Assembly: GCF_963921235.1 (NCBI RefSeq)
Contig: NC_086097.1
Coordinates: forward strand, 84,570,001-84,634,000
Direction: 5' to 3'
From: Mobula hypostoma
Lineage: Eukaryota
Length of the DNA: 64,000 nucleotides
The stretch's first letter is position 1. Every line of letters begins with the position of its first letter. Of this stretch, positions 50,711 through 62,109 are shown in pieces. The position numbers and the translations under genes were made by a program. Under the pieces are notes generated by a model. That model made no database searches, was not told the origin of the DNA, and saw only the letters and a program-made list of their open reading frames with translations.

Positions 50711-52249
50711 AAACAACTAAACATGATTCACATCAAGTTTTATACATCCCACAGATTTCATCTCACCTAATCCCTCCAATGGATAAAATTTGTAAAGATT
50801 TCAATTGTGTTAACCCATGTAACTCATGAATACTCTACACCTACAAAGACCCTAAAATTGAAATAATGCTATCACCTTGTGACTATTCAAGGGCAGACAC
50901 CTTGATGGAGATAGTTGTCTCTTCAATTACCAATGCAGTTACTTGTAGAACATATGTTGGACTAAAGTGGGTAAAGGAGACAATCAGAATGATGAAACAA
51001 TGATCTAATGTCCCATGACTTTTCCTCAAAGGGGAAGGCCTTTACTTAATGCACATTTTCATTCCTGCCAAGAAATGAAAGCAAAAGGATTGATCAGACT
51101 GTACAGAGCGGATAGCCTGTGGGAGCTGCATTGCCAGTTCCACTTGCTCACAAGCAAGGGGAGAGTAGCCAAATCCACACATCCTCCTATTGGCCTTTAA
51201 ATAGAAGCAGCTGACTTCCTATCTGAAGGGCAACACTGCCAACTTGTAATGATGAAATTGCTGAACTGGTGCATCATGAAAACTAGTTTCTTCTGCAAGC
51301 CCTTCAAGCTTATATGTCCTGCACACTTAGCATCTTCATTAAACCAGATAGTTTCAGTGCATCTTAATTTGGCTTGTTATAAGCTGATTCCAGACAGCCT
51401 TTTGCCCATTTGTTATGATGAAGTTAGTTTAAAATTCTGTAAGTGTCACATTCCTCTGTGCACTTTCCCTCACTGATAGATTAACAAGGAGGAAAGAAAT
51501 CTTTGCTTCTCTAATTCGGAGTGAAGCAAACTGCTCAGGGAATAACTTATTTCAGCTGAAAGGGAAGGCACAGTTTTAACCTAATCACCCCAGTGGGGCT
51601 GAAGGAGTGCTGATTACCATCCCTGCACATTCCGGTTCAACACCATGTTATATAGGCTGTTTTGATTGTGAAGAAGGTGCCCATTGCAGGCAGTCAGGAC
51701 AGTAAGTAACACATAATGTCACAAGCACCCCAGTGAGATATTAACTCAAAAGTGCCAAAGTTCCTCCCCACTCTCCAGCTTCCCAGGAAAGTCTGGCAGG
51801 AATACTGCATTGGGCCATTGAGTTACCGAGTCAAACAGAACAGATTCAGAACCTTTGGCCTACCATGTCTTTGCTTACACTCCGGCAGCCACTTGCACTG
51901 ATCCTACACTAATCCAATTCTATACTCCCCAATTCCCATTAATCCACCCACAGGTTCGATCATTCATCAACACGCTTGGATTGATTTTCAGTGGCAAATT
52001 AATCTCCGGGATGTGAGAGGAAACCAGAGAAATGCAAATGGCCATAAGTGAACACAAGAGAGTCCTGAGCTTGAACTCAGGGTTTTAAAGGATTCAGGAG
52101 AATTTCAGTAAACCCTGTCTTCTCTGCTACTTTAGGACTGTCAGTGAGTTTTATCTGCTCATCAGGGGTGTCAATATCCCTGGACAGAGCCAAATGGACT
52201 GCTGCTGTCCTTAATGTATCTCTCATTTCCTCCGTACTTACTGCCTGTA

Positions 52250-52530
52250 ACACCAGGCTCAAGGACAGCTTCTACCTCACTGTTATAAGACCACAAAATG
52301 ATTCTCTAATGAAATAAGTAGGACTCTTGACCTTACAATCCACCTTGTTATAGACCTGCACCTTATTAATTGCCTGCAATGCACTTCCTCTGTAGCTGTT
52401 ACAATTTATTCTGTATTGTTAATATTTTAACTTGTTCTGCCTCAGTGCACTGTGTAATGATCCGATCTGTATGAACAGTATGTAAGACAAACTTTTCACT
52501 ATATCTCCATACAGTGAAACTCAATTCCAA
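52250..52530 (+). mobile_element. Rex1 3' end and UTR
   Basis: CACCAGGCTCAAGGACAGCTTCTAC..GGACTCTTGACCTTACAATC, matching 15060-15350. Confidence 0.75.
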
Positions 52531-52815
52531 ATCCAACTGCCCTCTATCAGCTGCCAGCTGGTGTTGCTTCCTCTTTGTCCTCAAAACCTTCCATGGCATT
52601 CAATCCAGCCCTTTAGGGTTTCTGCGTTACCTTCACTCCTCTGCATCTAGCTTCTTCAGATTTGTGCTTTTCAGTGGTCCATCTCTCTGAAATGAAGCCT
52701 CCAGCACCCAGTGCTCCAAGTGAGGTTGCAGGCCGTGTTCAGAGAAATGACAGCAGCTACTGAAGCTTCAGTGGATGAGGAGGTTGGTGAAGAATGTCTA
52801 TTCAGTACAGCAATA

Positions 52816-53042
52816 GGCAGCTGTTAGTCTCGTGAGACCATGGATTTGCACCTTGGAAGGTTTCCTGGGCAAGGTTGTATGGAAGACTGGCAGTTGCTGC
52901 AAGTCTCCTCTCTCCACACCATCGACGTTGTCCAAGGGAAGAGCCTTGCTCAAGGACACAGCACACTGCCTCAGCCAAGGCTCGAACTAGCGACCTTCAG
53001 ATCACTAGACCAACACCTTAACCACTTGGCCATGCACCAACA
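52816..53042 (-). mobile_element. tRNA-CORE-RTE-type SINE with both ends and a 13-bp TSD
   Basis: Minus strand: A box TGGCCAAGTGGTTAAGG, B box AGTTCGAGCC, CORE-like GTGTCCTTGAGCAAGG, RTE-like tail ATCCATGGTCTCACGAGACTAAC; TSD CAGTACAGCAATA at 52803-52815 and 53043-53055. Confidence 0.8.
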
Positions 53043-53424
53043 CAGTACAGCAATAAATACATTTGGAAAGGCTGTGATGGAGAGGAAAGAATTGGGAGAC
53101 GTTCGAAGAGAGGCTGAGAGAAATGTTGTTAGATGTGGAGATAAAGGGTGTAACTTCACATAAAGAGGTTCGGCCTGCTCTAAAGTGAGGTTGGCACAGG
53201 GACATAGGCAAAGTGACGAGGAGCACATCCCCTCTGCCAGGTGATTTGTAGTCCAATAATTTATACTGCACTGGCCTCGAATTATCAACCACATGGAAAT
53301 TCCACACTCATTTTGTACCCCTCTACCCAGTCAGCAGTCTGTTAAAACTAAAGCTTTTAATTGCCTGCCTCTAGGGGGTGATAGCTGAAAGCTCTCTTAA
53401 AAGTTCAAAGTAATTTTTTTTCAA

Positions 53425-53730
53425 TTTATTTATTTAGAGATAGAGTGCAGAACAGGCCCATAGGGATACAGCACAGAACAGGCCTTTTTGGGCCTTCGAG
53501 CCACTCTGCCCAGCAACCCGCTGATTTAAGCCTAGCCTAATCATGAGACAGTTTACAATGACCAGTTAACCTACTAACTAGGATGTCTTTGGACTGTGGG
53601 AGGAAACTGGAGCACCCAGAGGAAACCCACACACACGGGAAAGAATATACAGACTTGCTTATAGAGGATGCTGGAACTGAGCCCCGAGCTGTAATAGTGT
53701 CGCACTAACTGCTACACTACTATAGTGCCC
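53425..53730 (-). mobile_element. V-SINE (HE1-like); a weaker copy lies at ~51830-52080
   Basis: TCTTTGGACTGTGGGAGGAAACTGGAGCACCCAGAGGAAACCCAC (antisense V-domain); (TTTA)n tail. Confidence 0.8.
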
Positions 53731-54177
53731 TTGTCACAGTGTGTTTACAATGATAGGAATTTGTTGTGGAAAATGCTCTTATAAAAGTATTTCCTCAAGC
53801 TCCAATTATAGGCTGTAGCTATTTTCTATTTGAGAAAATGCAGCAGCCTGATTTAACACAACAAGGAGCATGACAGGCACATTTTTATTCATTACAGGAT
53901 GCTCAAGTTGTTGGCAGGGCCTGCATTTATTCCGCACCAATACTTGCCTTCTTGAACTGCTGCAGTCCTTCAGGTTAGGGCACACCCTCAGTATTTCAAC
54001 TCAGCGACAATGAAAAAACAGCAATATCTATCTTCAGGGCTGCATGTGACTTGGAAAGAACCTGTAGGTAGTGGTGTGGCCATCTGCCTGTTGTCCTTGG
54101 TGATAGACATTATGGCAAGGGAAGATGCTATTGGAGTACCTAGGTGAGTATCTGTAGTGCATTCTACAGATGGTACA

Positions 54178-54778
54178 TGTTGTGTACTTACTATTTCAAT
54201 AATATTTTAGTAATAGAAACATAGAAACATAGAAAATAGGTGCAGGAGTAGGCCATTCGGCCCTTCGAGCCTGCACCGCCATTTATTATGATCATGGCTG
54301 ATCATCCAACTCAGAACCCAGCCTTCCCTCCATACCCCCTGACCCCTGTAGCCACAAGGGCCATATCTAACTTCCTTTTAAACATAGCTAATGAACTGGC
54401 CTCAACAGTTTGCTGTGGCAGAGAATTCCACAGATTCACCACTCTCTGTGTGAAGAAGTTTTTCCTAACCTCGGTCCTAAAAGGCTTCCCCTCTATCCTC
54501 AAACTGTGGCCCCTCGTTCTAGACCTCCCCAACATCGGGAACAATCTTCCTGCATCTAGCCTGTCCAATCCCTTTAGGATCTTGTATATATTAGTTGATT
54601 AAGCATTCCTGTTTATTTAAATAATTAATTATGTGTTGTATGTAAACCACGTTAACTGCATACATCAGCACACTACCACATGATATCTGTAAACCTTGCT
54701 TAAAGTATGGACACGTATTTTGGACTCCCGTGTACTTCCTTGAACTGCTTTAATGTTTTGAAGCTATAAAAGTTAACA
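54178..54778 (+). mobile_element. Gypsy solo LTR with 5-bp TSD, interrupted by CR1
   Basis: TG...CA ends; GTACA at 54173-54177 and 54779-54783; homologous to 18983-19223. Confidence 0.8.
54216..54582 (-). mobile_element. Young CR1 3' end
   Basis: ORF 54311-54568 RTRGHSLRIEGKPFRTEVRKNFFTQRVVNLWNSLP; (GAAACATA)n tail. Confidence 0.92.
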
Positions 54779-55192
54779 GTACACACTACAGTTGCACTGC
54801 CTTGGTGGAGGACGAGCGAATGTTTAGACGGTGGTTAATGGGGTGCCAGTCAAGCAGGTGAGATTTTTCCCCTGGATGTTGACAAGTTTACTGAGTATGG
54901 ATGAAATTGTACTCATGTAGGCAAGTGGAGGGTGTTGTTAGATTAGGATCTAAAATGTCATTTTACTTGTAGCTTAACTTTCTTTGTGTTTGCATAATCA
55001 CCTGTTTGTAAATGTTCAATGAATTTTCAGTCATTTGCAGCATAGCCAGTTCTTCATATCATTGTAAATTATTTGTCTGCAGCGAGTGTCACGCCGTAAG
55101 TGGAACCGTCTCGTAGGCTGTTCTTATCAAGGAACTTTCATATCTGTGTAGTTTGAGCCAGTTTCCAGCATAAGACAACCATAATTTTTTTG

Positions 55193-55320
55193 CAACACAC
55201 ACAAAATGCTGGAGGAACTCAGTAGATCAGGCAGCATTTATGGAAAAGAGTAGAGTCGACGTTTCGGGCTGAGACCCTTCATCAGGACAGGTGAAAAAAA
55301 GAGGAGGTGTCAGAGTTAGA
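55193..55320 (-). mobile_element. PLE pLTR fragment
   Basis: CAACACACACAAAATGCTGGAGGAACTCAG...GTCGACGTTTCGGGCTGAGACCCTTCATCAGGAC. Confidence 0.85.
55254..55288 (-). ncRNA. Minimal type-I hammerhead ribozyme, intact core
   Basis: Reverse complement GTC-CTGATGA-AGGGTCTCAGCCC-GAAAC-GTC-GAC. Confidence 0.8.
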
Positions 55321-56510
55321 CTTGTGTTTGTCACGTTTGTATTGTACAGTGCTGATGCTGCAAAAAGCTAATTTTCGTGGCATTTATGGCCTGTGTATGT
55401 ATGCTTATGACGATAACTTTGAAACTGAATGGCAAATCCAGTAGATTGAATGAAATGTTGATTTTCATCCTATTCAACATTATGTAAAATTGTTTGGGTG
55501 AAGTGGCATAATTTAAACAGAAACTGCTGGAACTACTCAGCAGGTCGGGGTAGTATTTGTGGATGGAGAAGCAGTTAGTGTTTCAGGTCTGAGACAATCT
55601 GTTAGGACTGGGAAACTTTAACAAGGAAAAATGTTCTTTTTTTCTGCACAATACTCACAAATTGCTGAAGGAACTCAACCGGCCAGGCAGCGTCTACGGA
55701 AAAAAGTGCATTCAACGTTTCGGGCCATAACCCTTCAGCAGGACTGGCTGGAGCAGCGGGTCTGGGGAAGCACACATTGAAAGAGTCGGAAAGCAGCAGG
55801 GATCACAGCGGGGGAGCAGTGACAGACAGTTTCACTGAACTCTCGCCGAAGGGAAGATTTAAACTTCTTCAGGGCAGGCATCCCTGGAAGAGACTTCACA
55901 GAGTAGTAATCAAACCGCAAACAAGAGAAAATCTGCAAATGCTGGAAACCCGAGCAACACACACGAAATGCTGGAGGAACTCAGTAGGCCAGGCAGCATC
56001 TATGGAAAAAAGTACAGGGTCCTGCCGAAGGGCTTCGACCTGAAATGTTGCCTGTACTCTTCTTTATAGATGCTGCCTGGCCTGCTGAGTTCCTCCAGCA
56101 TTTTGTGTGTGTTGCTCAGATTTTATCTTGTTTTTCTTTTTTTCTGTACATTGGGTGTTTGATTGCCTTCTTTTTTTAATGGTTTCTATTGGGTTTCTTT
56201 GTTTTGTGTCTGTCTGTAAGGAGACAAATCTCAAGGTTGTATAAAGTATACATACTTTGATAATAAATGTACTTTGAACTTCATACACATGATGCCCTCC
56301 CATCATGCTTATCTGTTAATGCGTCTAATTCTGTTTGTTTCCTAATGAAAGTGCTCAGATAAAATTGTCCTCTTTGTTTAAATAAAACCCTTTCACTTGC
56401 AATATGGATTGTTACATGTTCATGAGGTTGGATGGGTCAGCACTTGCATGGGGTTCCGGATAGGTACACAGCTCTTGCATGGGATGCTGGACAGGTTCGT
56501 CCCATTGAGG
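55321..56510 (+). repeat. Copy A of a local direct duplication (~0.7 kb plus a later insertion)
   Basis: Collinear with 59281-59975 except for the mini-PLE insertion. Confidence 0.9.
55651..56133 (-). mobile_element. Non-autonomous mini-PLE with direct and inverted pLTRs
   Basis: 17-bp TSD TTCTTTTTTTCTG(C/T)ACA at 55634-55650 and 56134-56150; empty site at 59593-59609; two hammerhead-like motifs. Confidence 0.85.
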
Positions 56511-56790
56511 TTGCATACTGGTTAGCACAACGCTTTATAGCACAGGCAACCCAAGATCATTTCCTGCCGCTGCCTGTAAGGTTTCTGTACGTTCTCACCA
56601 TGACTACGTAGGTTTCCTCCGTGTGCTCCAGTGTCCTCCCATAATCCAAAGACGTACTGGGTGGTAAGTTAACTGGTCATTGTAAATCGTCATGCGATTG
56701 GGCTCAAATTAAATTCGGGGATTGCTGGGCCGCACGGCTCGAAGGGTTGGAAGGGCCTATTCTGCACTGTATCTCAATTAATAAATAATC
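56510..56790 (+). mobile_element. V-SINE (HE1-like), near full length
   Basis: tRNA-like TGGTTAGCAC head, V-domain GTAGGTTTCCTCCGTGTGCTCCAGTGTCCTCCCA, CR1-like tail, (AATA)n. Confidence 0.8.
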
Positions 56791-57924
56791 TTGGCTCCAG
56801 ATCCAACAGGGTTCCATAATCACTTCTGACTTGTTTCTTGTAGATGGTAGATAGGCCTTTAGGAGTCAGGAAACAAAAGCAAAGTACCTCATCTTTGACC
56901 AGAGTATTCACGTGACTTGCCCAGTTAGGTCTCAGTGGTACTAACACCACATTGTTGATGCTGGAGGTTTATTGTGAGCAATGTCCAGTGTCAATGGTTC
57001 AACTCCATTGTGTTGGGAGATGATAAAGGGTGATTGATGGTTGGCATGGAATCATTGGGCAAGAGGTCCTGATTCTATGCTCTATCTCTTTGATACTGTA
57101 ACTCTCTGCTCACTACCTGGGCCAGTGATCATGCAGATCCTCATTACCACTCACCAATCCATACTGTAACCTCGTCATGATCTCAGAACAAGGGCTTTTT
57201 TCTGTTCTGAGGACTTGCAATTGGAGTTGAAGGCGTAATCATCCTTAAGCCTGCAGCAGAGAATTCCATTCCCTCACGAATCCCTCTACAAAGAAATTTT
57301 TCTTCTGCTCTGTCTCTAGGTGATAGTTTAAAATTGACAACTTCTTATCGATTACCTCACGCTTAAACTTAGGCGAGCATCCATCAAAATGGGGCAGCTG
57401 GCAAGCCTGTAATGAACAAAGATTAACACTGGAATGACGGCACAACTTCCTTTCTTCCATTCTCAAATTGTTGCCAAAACAACCGCAATTTGAAATTAAA
57501 GAAGGAATGATGCAACATGACAGCAGCAATATTTATTTTTCTAAGTTGTTGATTAACTGTGCTGTGTGACTGAATGGAAAGGCTCCAGCCAGACTGGAGA
57601 CATCAGGTCTAAACCCAACACCAAACAAACCTAGCAGTGATGTGGAAGAACATCAGGGAATTTTATTTTCTGGCCCCATCTTCAAGTTCTTGATTTCTCA
57701 ATCATGTATGGCCACTTTACTCCCATCCGATAATTAATCCTGTACACATATTGACAGCAATTTTCCCCACATAAAGGTGATGTACAACCCAAATTCTGAT
57801 TAGCTGGAATAAGGGATCACTTCTTCAGCTCAAAAGAAATCCTTTGTAACCAGATATTTCTAAACAATCAGGCAATGTTCTGAGACACAGGATCAAGTAG
57901 GACAAAAGCAAAATTGCAGATGGG

Positions 57925-58615
57925 TGGGTAGAAACTATTTTATACACGACAACAACTTCAAATTTTCTGATGACACCACTGTTAGCCAAAACATGAATGA
58001 GGAAGAGGAGGTTTACAGGAATGAGATAGTTCAGCTGGCTGAGTGTCATAACAACAACCTTGTGCTCATTGTCAGCAAAACCAAAGAACCGATTGTGGAC
58101 TTTAGGAAGGAGAAACTAGGCAAGCATACACCTGTCCTCATTAAAGAATTTGTGCTGGAGAGGATGAGGAGCTTCAAGTTCCCGGGTGTCAACATCTTGG
58201 AGGATCTATCCTGTCCCCAACACATAAATCAAGGCGCATCAGTGTCTCTGTTTTCTTAGAAGGTTAAGGAGATTTGTCATACTTCGAAGATTCTGACAAA
58301 CTTCTACAGTTATACTGTGGAATGCATTCTGGCTGGTTGTGTCACAGCTTGGTATGAAAATTCCAATCAATGGAAAAGCAAGAGGCTACAAAGAGTGAAG
58401 GCCTCAGCCATTTCCTTCACAGGTATAGCTCTCCCTACTATCGAGGACATCTACAAGAGGTGATGTCTCAGGAAGGCGACATCCATCATCAGGGACATCA
58501 CTATCCAGGCCATGCCTTCTACACAATGCTGCCATCTATCAGGAGCTGCAGGAAACTAAAGACCTGCATCTCAAGGTTCAATTGCCCACCACCATCTGGT
58601 GCTTAAACCAACATG
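57925..58615 (+). mobile_element. Rex1/Babar RT 3' part; its 3' UTR resumes at ~59175-59390
   Basis: FKFSDDTTV..EEVYRNEI..VSKTKEPIVDFRK..SFKFPGVNILEDLS. Confidence 0.85.
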
Positions 58616-58649
58616 AAAATCCTTAATGCTCCCTCAGTTTATATAACAG

Positions 58650-59175
58650 TCAGAATCAGGTTTAATATGACCGGCACGTCGTGAAACTTGTTAACTTTAT
58701 GGCAGCAAGACAATGAAGCACACAATAAGTAAATATAGAGGAAAAAAACTGTATTACAGTAAGTATATATATATATAAAACTATTAAATAGTTAAGTTAA
58801 AATAAGCAGTGTAAAAAAAGTAGTGAGGTAGTGTTTGTGGGTTCAATGTCTATTTAGAAATCGGATGGCAGAGCGGAAGAAGTCATTCCTAAATCGCTGA
58901 GTGTGTGTCCCCAAGCTCCTGTACCTCCTTCCCGATGACAAAAATGAGCAGAGGGCATGTCCTCAGTGGTGCTGTCCTTAATGATGGACGCCACCTTCCT
59001 TGAAGATGTTTTGGATACTGCGGAGGCCTGTGTCCATGTTGGAGCTGACTAATTTTACAAATTTCTGCAACTTACTTCAATCTTGTGCAGTAATTTCCAC
59101 CCCCGCCACCCTCCCGCCACCCGCCGTACCAGATGGTGATGCAGCCAGTCAGAATGCCCTCCATGGTACATCTGT
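58650..59175 (-). mobile_element. Rex1 3' fragment (same family as 1101-1626) nested in a Rex1 UTR
   Basis: CAGAATCAGG tail; TTTAGAAATCGGATGGCAGAG; GCAGCCAGTCAGAATGCCCTCCATGG. Confidence 0.85.
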
Positions 59176-59280
59176 ATAATATTTCTTTATACTTTCTCTC
59201 TCAACTTGTACTAACGTCATTGCATTTATTCTGTTTATTTTGTTGTGTAAGTTATGTATGTTAATTTAATTTTATGTTTA

Positions 59281-59975
59281 CTTGTGTTTGTCATGTTTGT
59301 ACTGTACAGTGCTGCTGCTGCAAAAAGCTAATTTACGTGGCATTTATGGCCTGTGTATGTATGCTTATGACGATAACTTTGAAACTGAATGGCAAATCCA
59401 GTAGATTGAATGAAATGTTGGTTTTCATCCCATTCAACATTATGTAAAATTGTTTGGGTGAAGTGGCATAATTAAAACCGAAGCTGCTGGAACTACTCAG
59501 CAGGTCGGGGTAGTATTTGTGGATGGAGAAGCAGTTAATGTTTCAGGTCTGAGACATTTTGTCAGAACTGGGAAACTTTAAAAAGGAAAATATTCTTTAT
59601 TTCTGCACATTGGGTGTTTGACTGCCTTCCTTTTTAATAGGTTCTATTGGATTTCTTTGTTTTGTGCCTGCCTGTAAGGAGACGAATCTCAAGGTTGTAT
59701 ACAGTATACATACTTCGATAATAAATGTACTTTGAACTTTAAACCTTGGACACACGATGCCTCTCCCATCACGCTTATCCACTAATGCGTCTAACTCTGT
59801 TTGTTTCCTAATGAAAGTGTTTGGATAAAATTGTCCGCTTTGCTTAAATAAAACCCTTTCACTTGCCAAATGGATTGTTACATGTTCATGAGGTTGGATG
59901 GGTCAGCACTTGCATGGGGTTCCGGATAGGTACAGAGCTCTTGCATGGGATCCTGGACAGGTTTGTCCCATTCAG
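59281..59975 (+). repeat. Copy B (probable source) of the local duplication
   Basis: Continuous with the upstream Rex1 3' UTR; lacks the mini-PLE. Confidence 0.9.
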
Positions 59976-60483
59976 GTAGGATGAAAGAAACATGATTGAC
60001 AAGGGATGTGGAATTTTTGAAAAATATTATAATACATAAGACTCAGGGCTAGATGGAATATACCCCAGATTACCATGTGGAGCAAGGGAAGAGATTGCTG
60101 CACCTGTGGCAATGATCTTTGCATCCTCACTGGCCTCAGGAGTAGTGCCAAAGGATTAGAGGATGGCAAATGTTGTTCCTTTGTTCAAGAAAGGAAACAG
60201 GGATAGCAACGGGAAAAAGGTTGACTGCCCATAACTATCCACAGATGCTGGCTAACCTGCTGATTCCATTCTGCAACTTGCTTTTTGCTTCAGATGCTCT
60301 GCCTGCTCAGTCCAGTTCAGTGGCAGAGGGAAAAAAGATTGGGGTCCACCTTTGAGTATGGAGATTGAGTGAATCGCTAACGCACCGTGAGATGTGGCAG
60401 AGATCATATGGTGGGTTGAAGGGCCTGCTTCTCTGCGATACAACTCCATCAGCAGCAGCAACCTAGAATGAGATAGAAGCCAG

Positions 60484-61047
60484 TGTAACGCTCTGTAAGG
60501 TTTCACTGCTAATGTAATGGCCTCTCTGTGATGTTTCACTGCTAATGTAATGACTTCTCTGTAGCAGCAGTGCTTGGGTTACGACTACAGATAACGGGGG
60601 CTTTGGAATGTCTGCCATCCAATGAGAGGCATGGTTTTCTTTCTTGTGTGTCCGGGAGAAGGTTTTGTGGGAGAGAGAAGGTACCAGAATGGGGAAGTCA
60701 TAGTCTGCAGGACAGCGTGGACTTGGAATGGGGTCAGGAGTCAACACCCGAGGGGAAAATCAATGGAGAACGAACAGACGGGAAAACCATAAGCTCCAAC
60801 ATTGCATATTAGACTGTTTCATGAGAATTGGCCTTTTTTCTTTCTTGTTTCTTTACTAAACCTATGGTCAAATTAAGAATTATAAAGCTCAATTGTTTAA
60901 TTGCATATTGTGCACTGTTTGTTATTTCGTGGTGCTGATTTGTAACAGGGGAACACATCACACAGCATCCACCCAAACAAGATTTCTGAAGTTTGGCCAG
61001 GCCAGAGGCTGTCTTCCCCTAGATTAAGCAGCTAGCCAAAGCTGAGG
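60484..61047. mobile_element. Solo LTR, same family as 42207-42764; terminal bases missing
   Basis: TGTAACG start, internal ~32-bp duplication, shared GTCAAATTAAGAATTATAAAGCTCAAT and CAGCATCCACCCAAACAAG. Confidence 0.85.
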
Positions 61048-62109
61048 AAAGTGGGCTCAACCCTGATGACATTAAACTCATGGCACCCAACAAGACTGTC
61101 ATTGAGGTCACTGGAGCCCAAGGATCTCAATGTAGCCAAGCAATGCAGTTTCAATGTTCAACCTTAAGTAGGGGAAACAGTGTCAGTGAATCTTAGTTCC
61201 TTTATATGTAAATGAGAACTGGTGTTTTAGACCAGTGAGTTAATAGATTTCACTACTGTTGAAGCTGTTGTCATCATTTTTGGGGGCTTACACTGGAAAA
61301 AAAATTGTGTGATGAGATGCAAAACTGTCGAAAAGTCAGGAGTTGAATTTTCTGTTGGCTGATGAGATTCTGAAAGTTGTACAATTAAGGCCAATTTTCA
61401 GTAACAGGGTGCCATATTTTCTTGCTGTTGCGTGAGTGAATTTCTAAACTATTCTTCAAGAACCTTGACAAAATATCCCAACACATCAATGCTTTTTCTA
61501 ATACATGTGTGAAATTATATAGAAGTATCAAATTTATTCACTTTCTCTGAGTTTTCAAAATAGCAAGTAATTAGAAATAACTTAGAATTGATCTTGAAGT
61601 TGCCCCGAGCAAAGTTTAGTGTTTGAAGTTCCCTGGAGTGTTGTGTTAACAGTTGAAGGCTTCAGTGGTAGCATTCTCGCCTGAACATAAAGGTTTTGGA
61701 TATAAATCCCACTTCAGCAAAATATCCATTAAATAAATAATCTGATTTCATATTTTAAAAAAATCAAGCTCTCAGTGTTGAGTGATGCAATGAGAAACAT
61801 AGAACAAAAATTAGCAGGTTCTCCCTACAAGTACTCTTGAAACCATGCTTGTCAGTATTTATAGCTGAAGTGGTTAATTTCTTTGCCAACAGTGCTTTAT
61901 TTTAAAATTCTACAATTTTATTTTAATTATCTTTGACCTCATTATTTTTTTTAATGCTTGAATTCCTCAGTACCTTATGCTGAGCACAGTCTTGGACACT
62001 GCCAGCAATCCAGACTGCAGCCAGTCTCCAGCATTTCAAATCAGCCACCAGGGAAATACTGCTGGAGTGCGAGTAAAGAACGTGCTTAATGCTGCAGCTA
62101 TTCACAGTC

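Larger units (their letters stand above)
53880..54935 (-). mobile_element. Old CR1/L2-like LINE 3' region hosting a solo LTR
   Basis: CTTCTTGAACTGCTGCAGTCC..GTGACTTGGAAAGAACCTGTAGGTAGTGGTG; collinear across the LTR; related fragments at ~18760-18980, 32780-33000 and 46320-46470. Confidence 0.55.

Noticed and set aside
52816..52940. Antisense RTE 5' UTR captured in a SINE
   Set aside because: Read on the minus strand it fits the ordinary sense-orientation bipartite RTE body and tail
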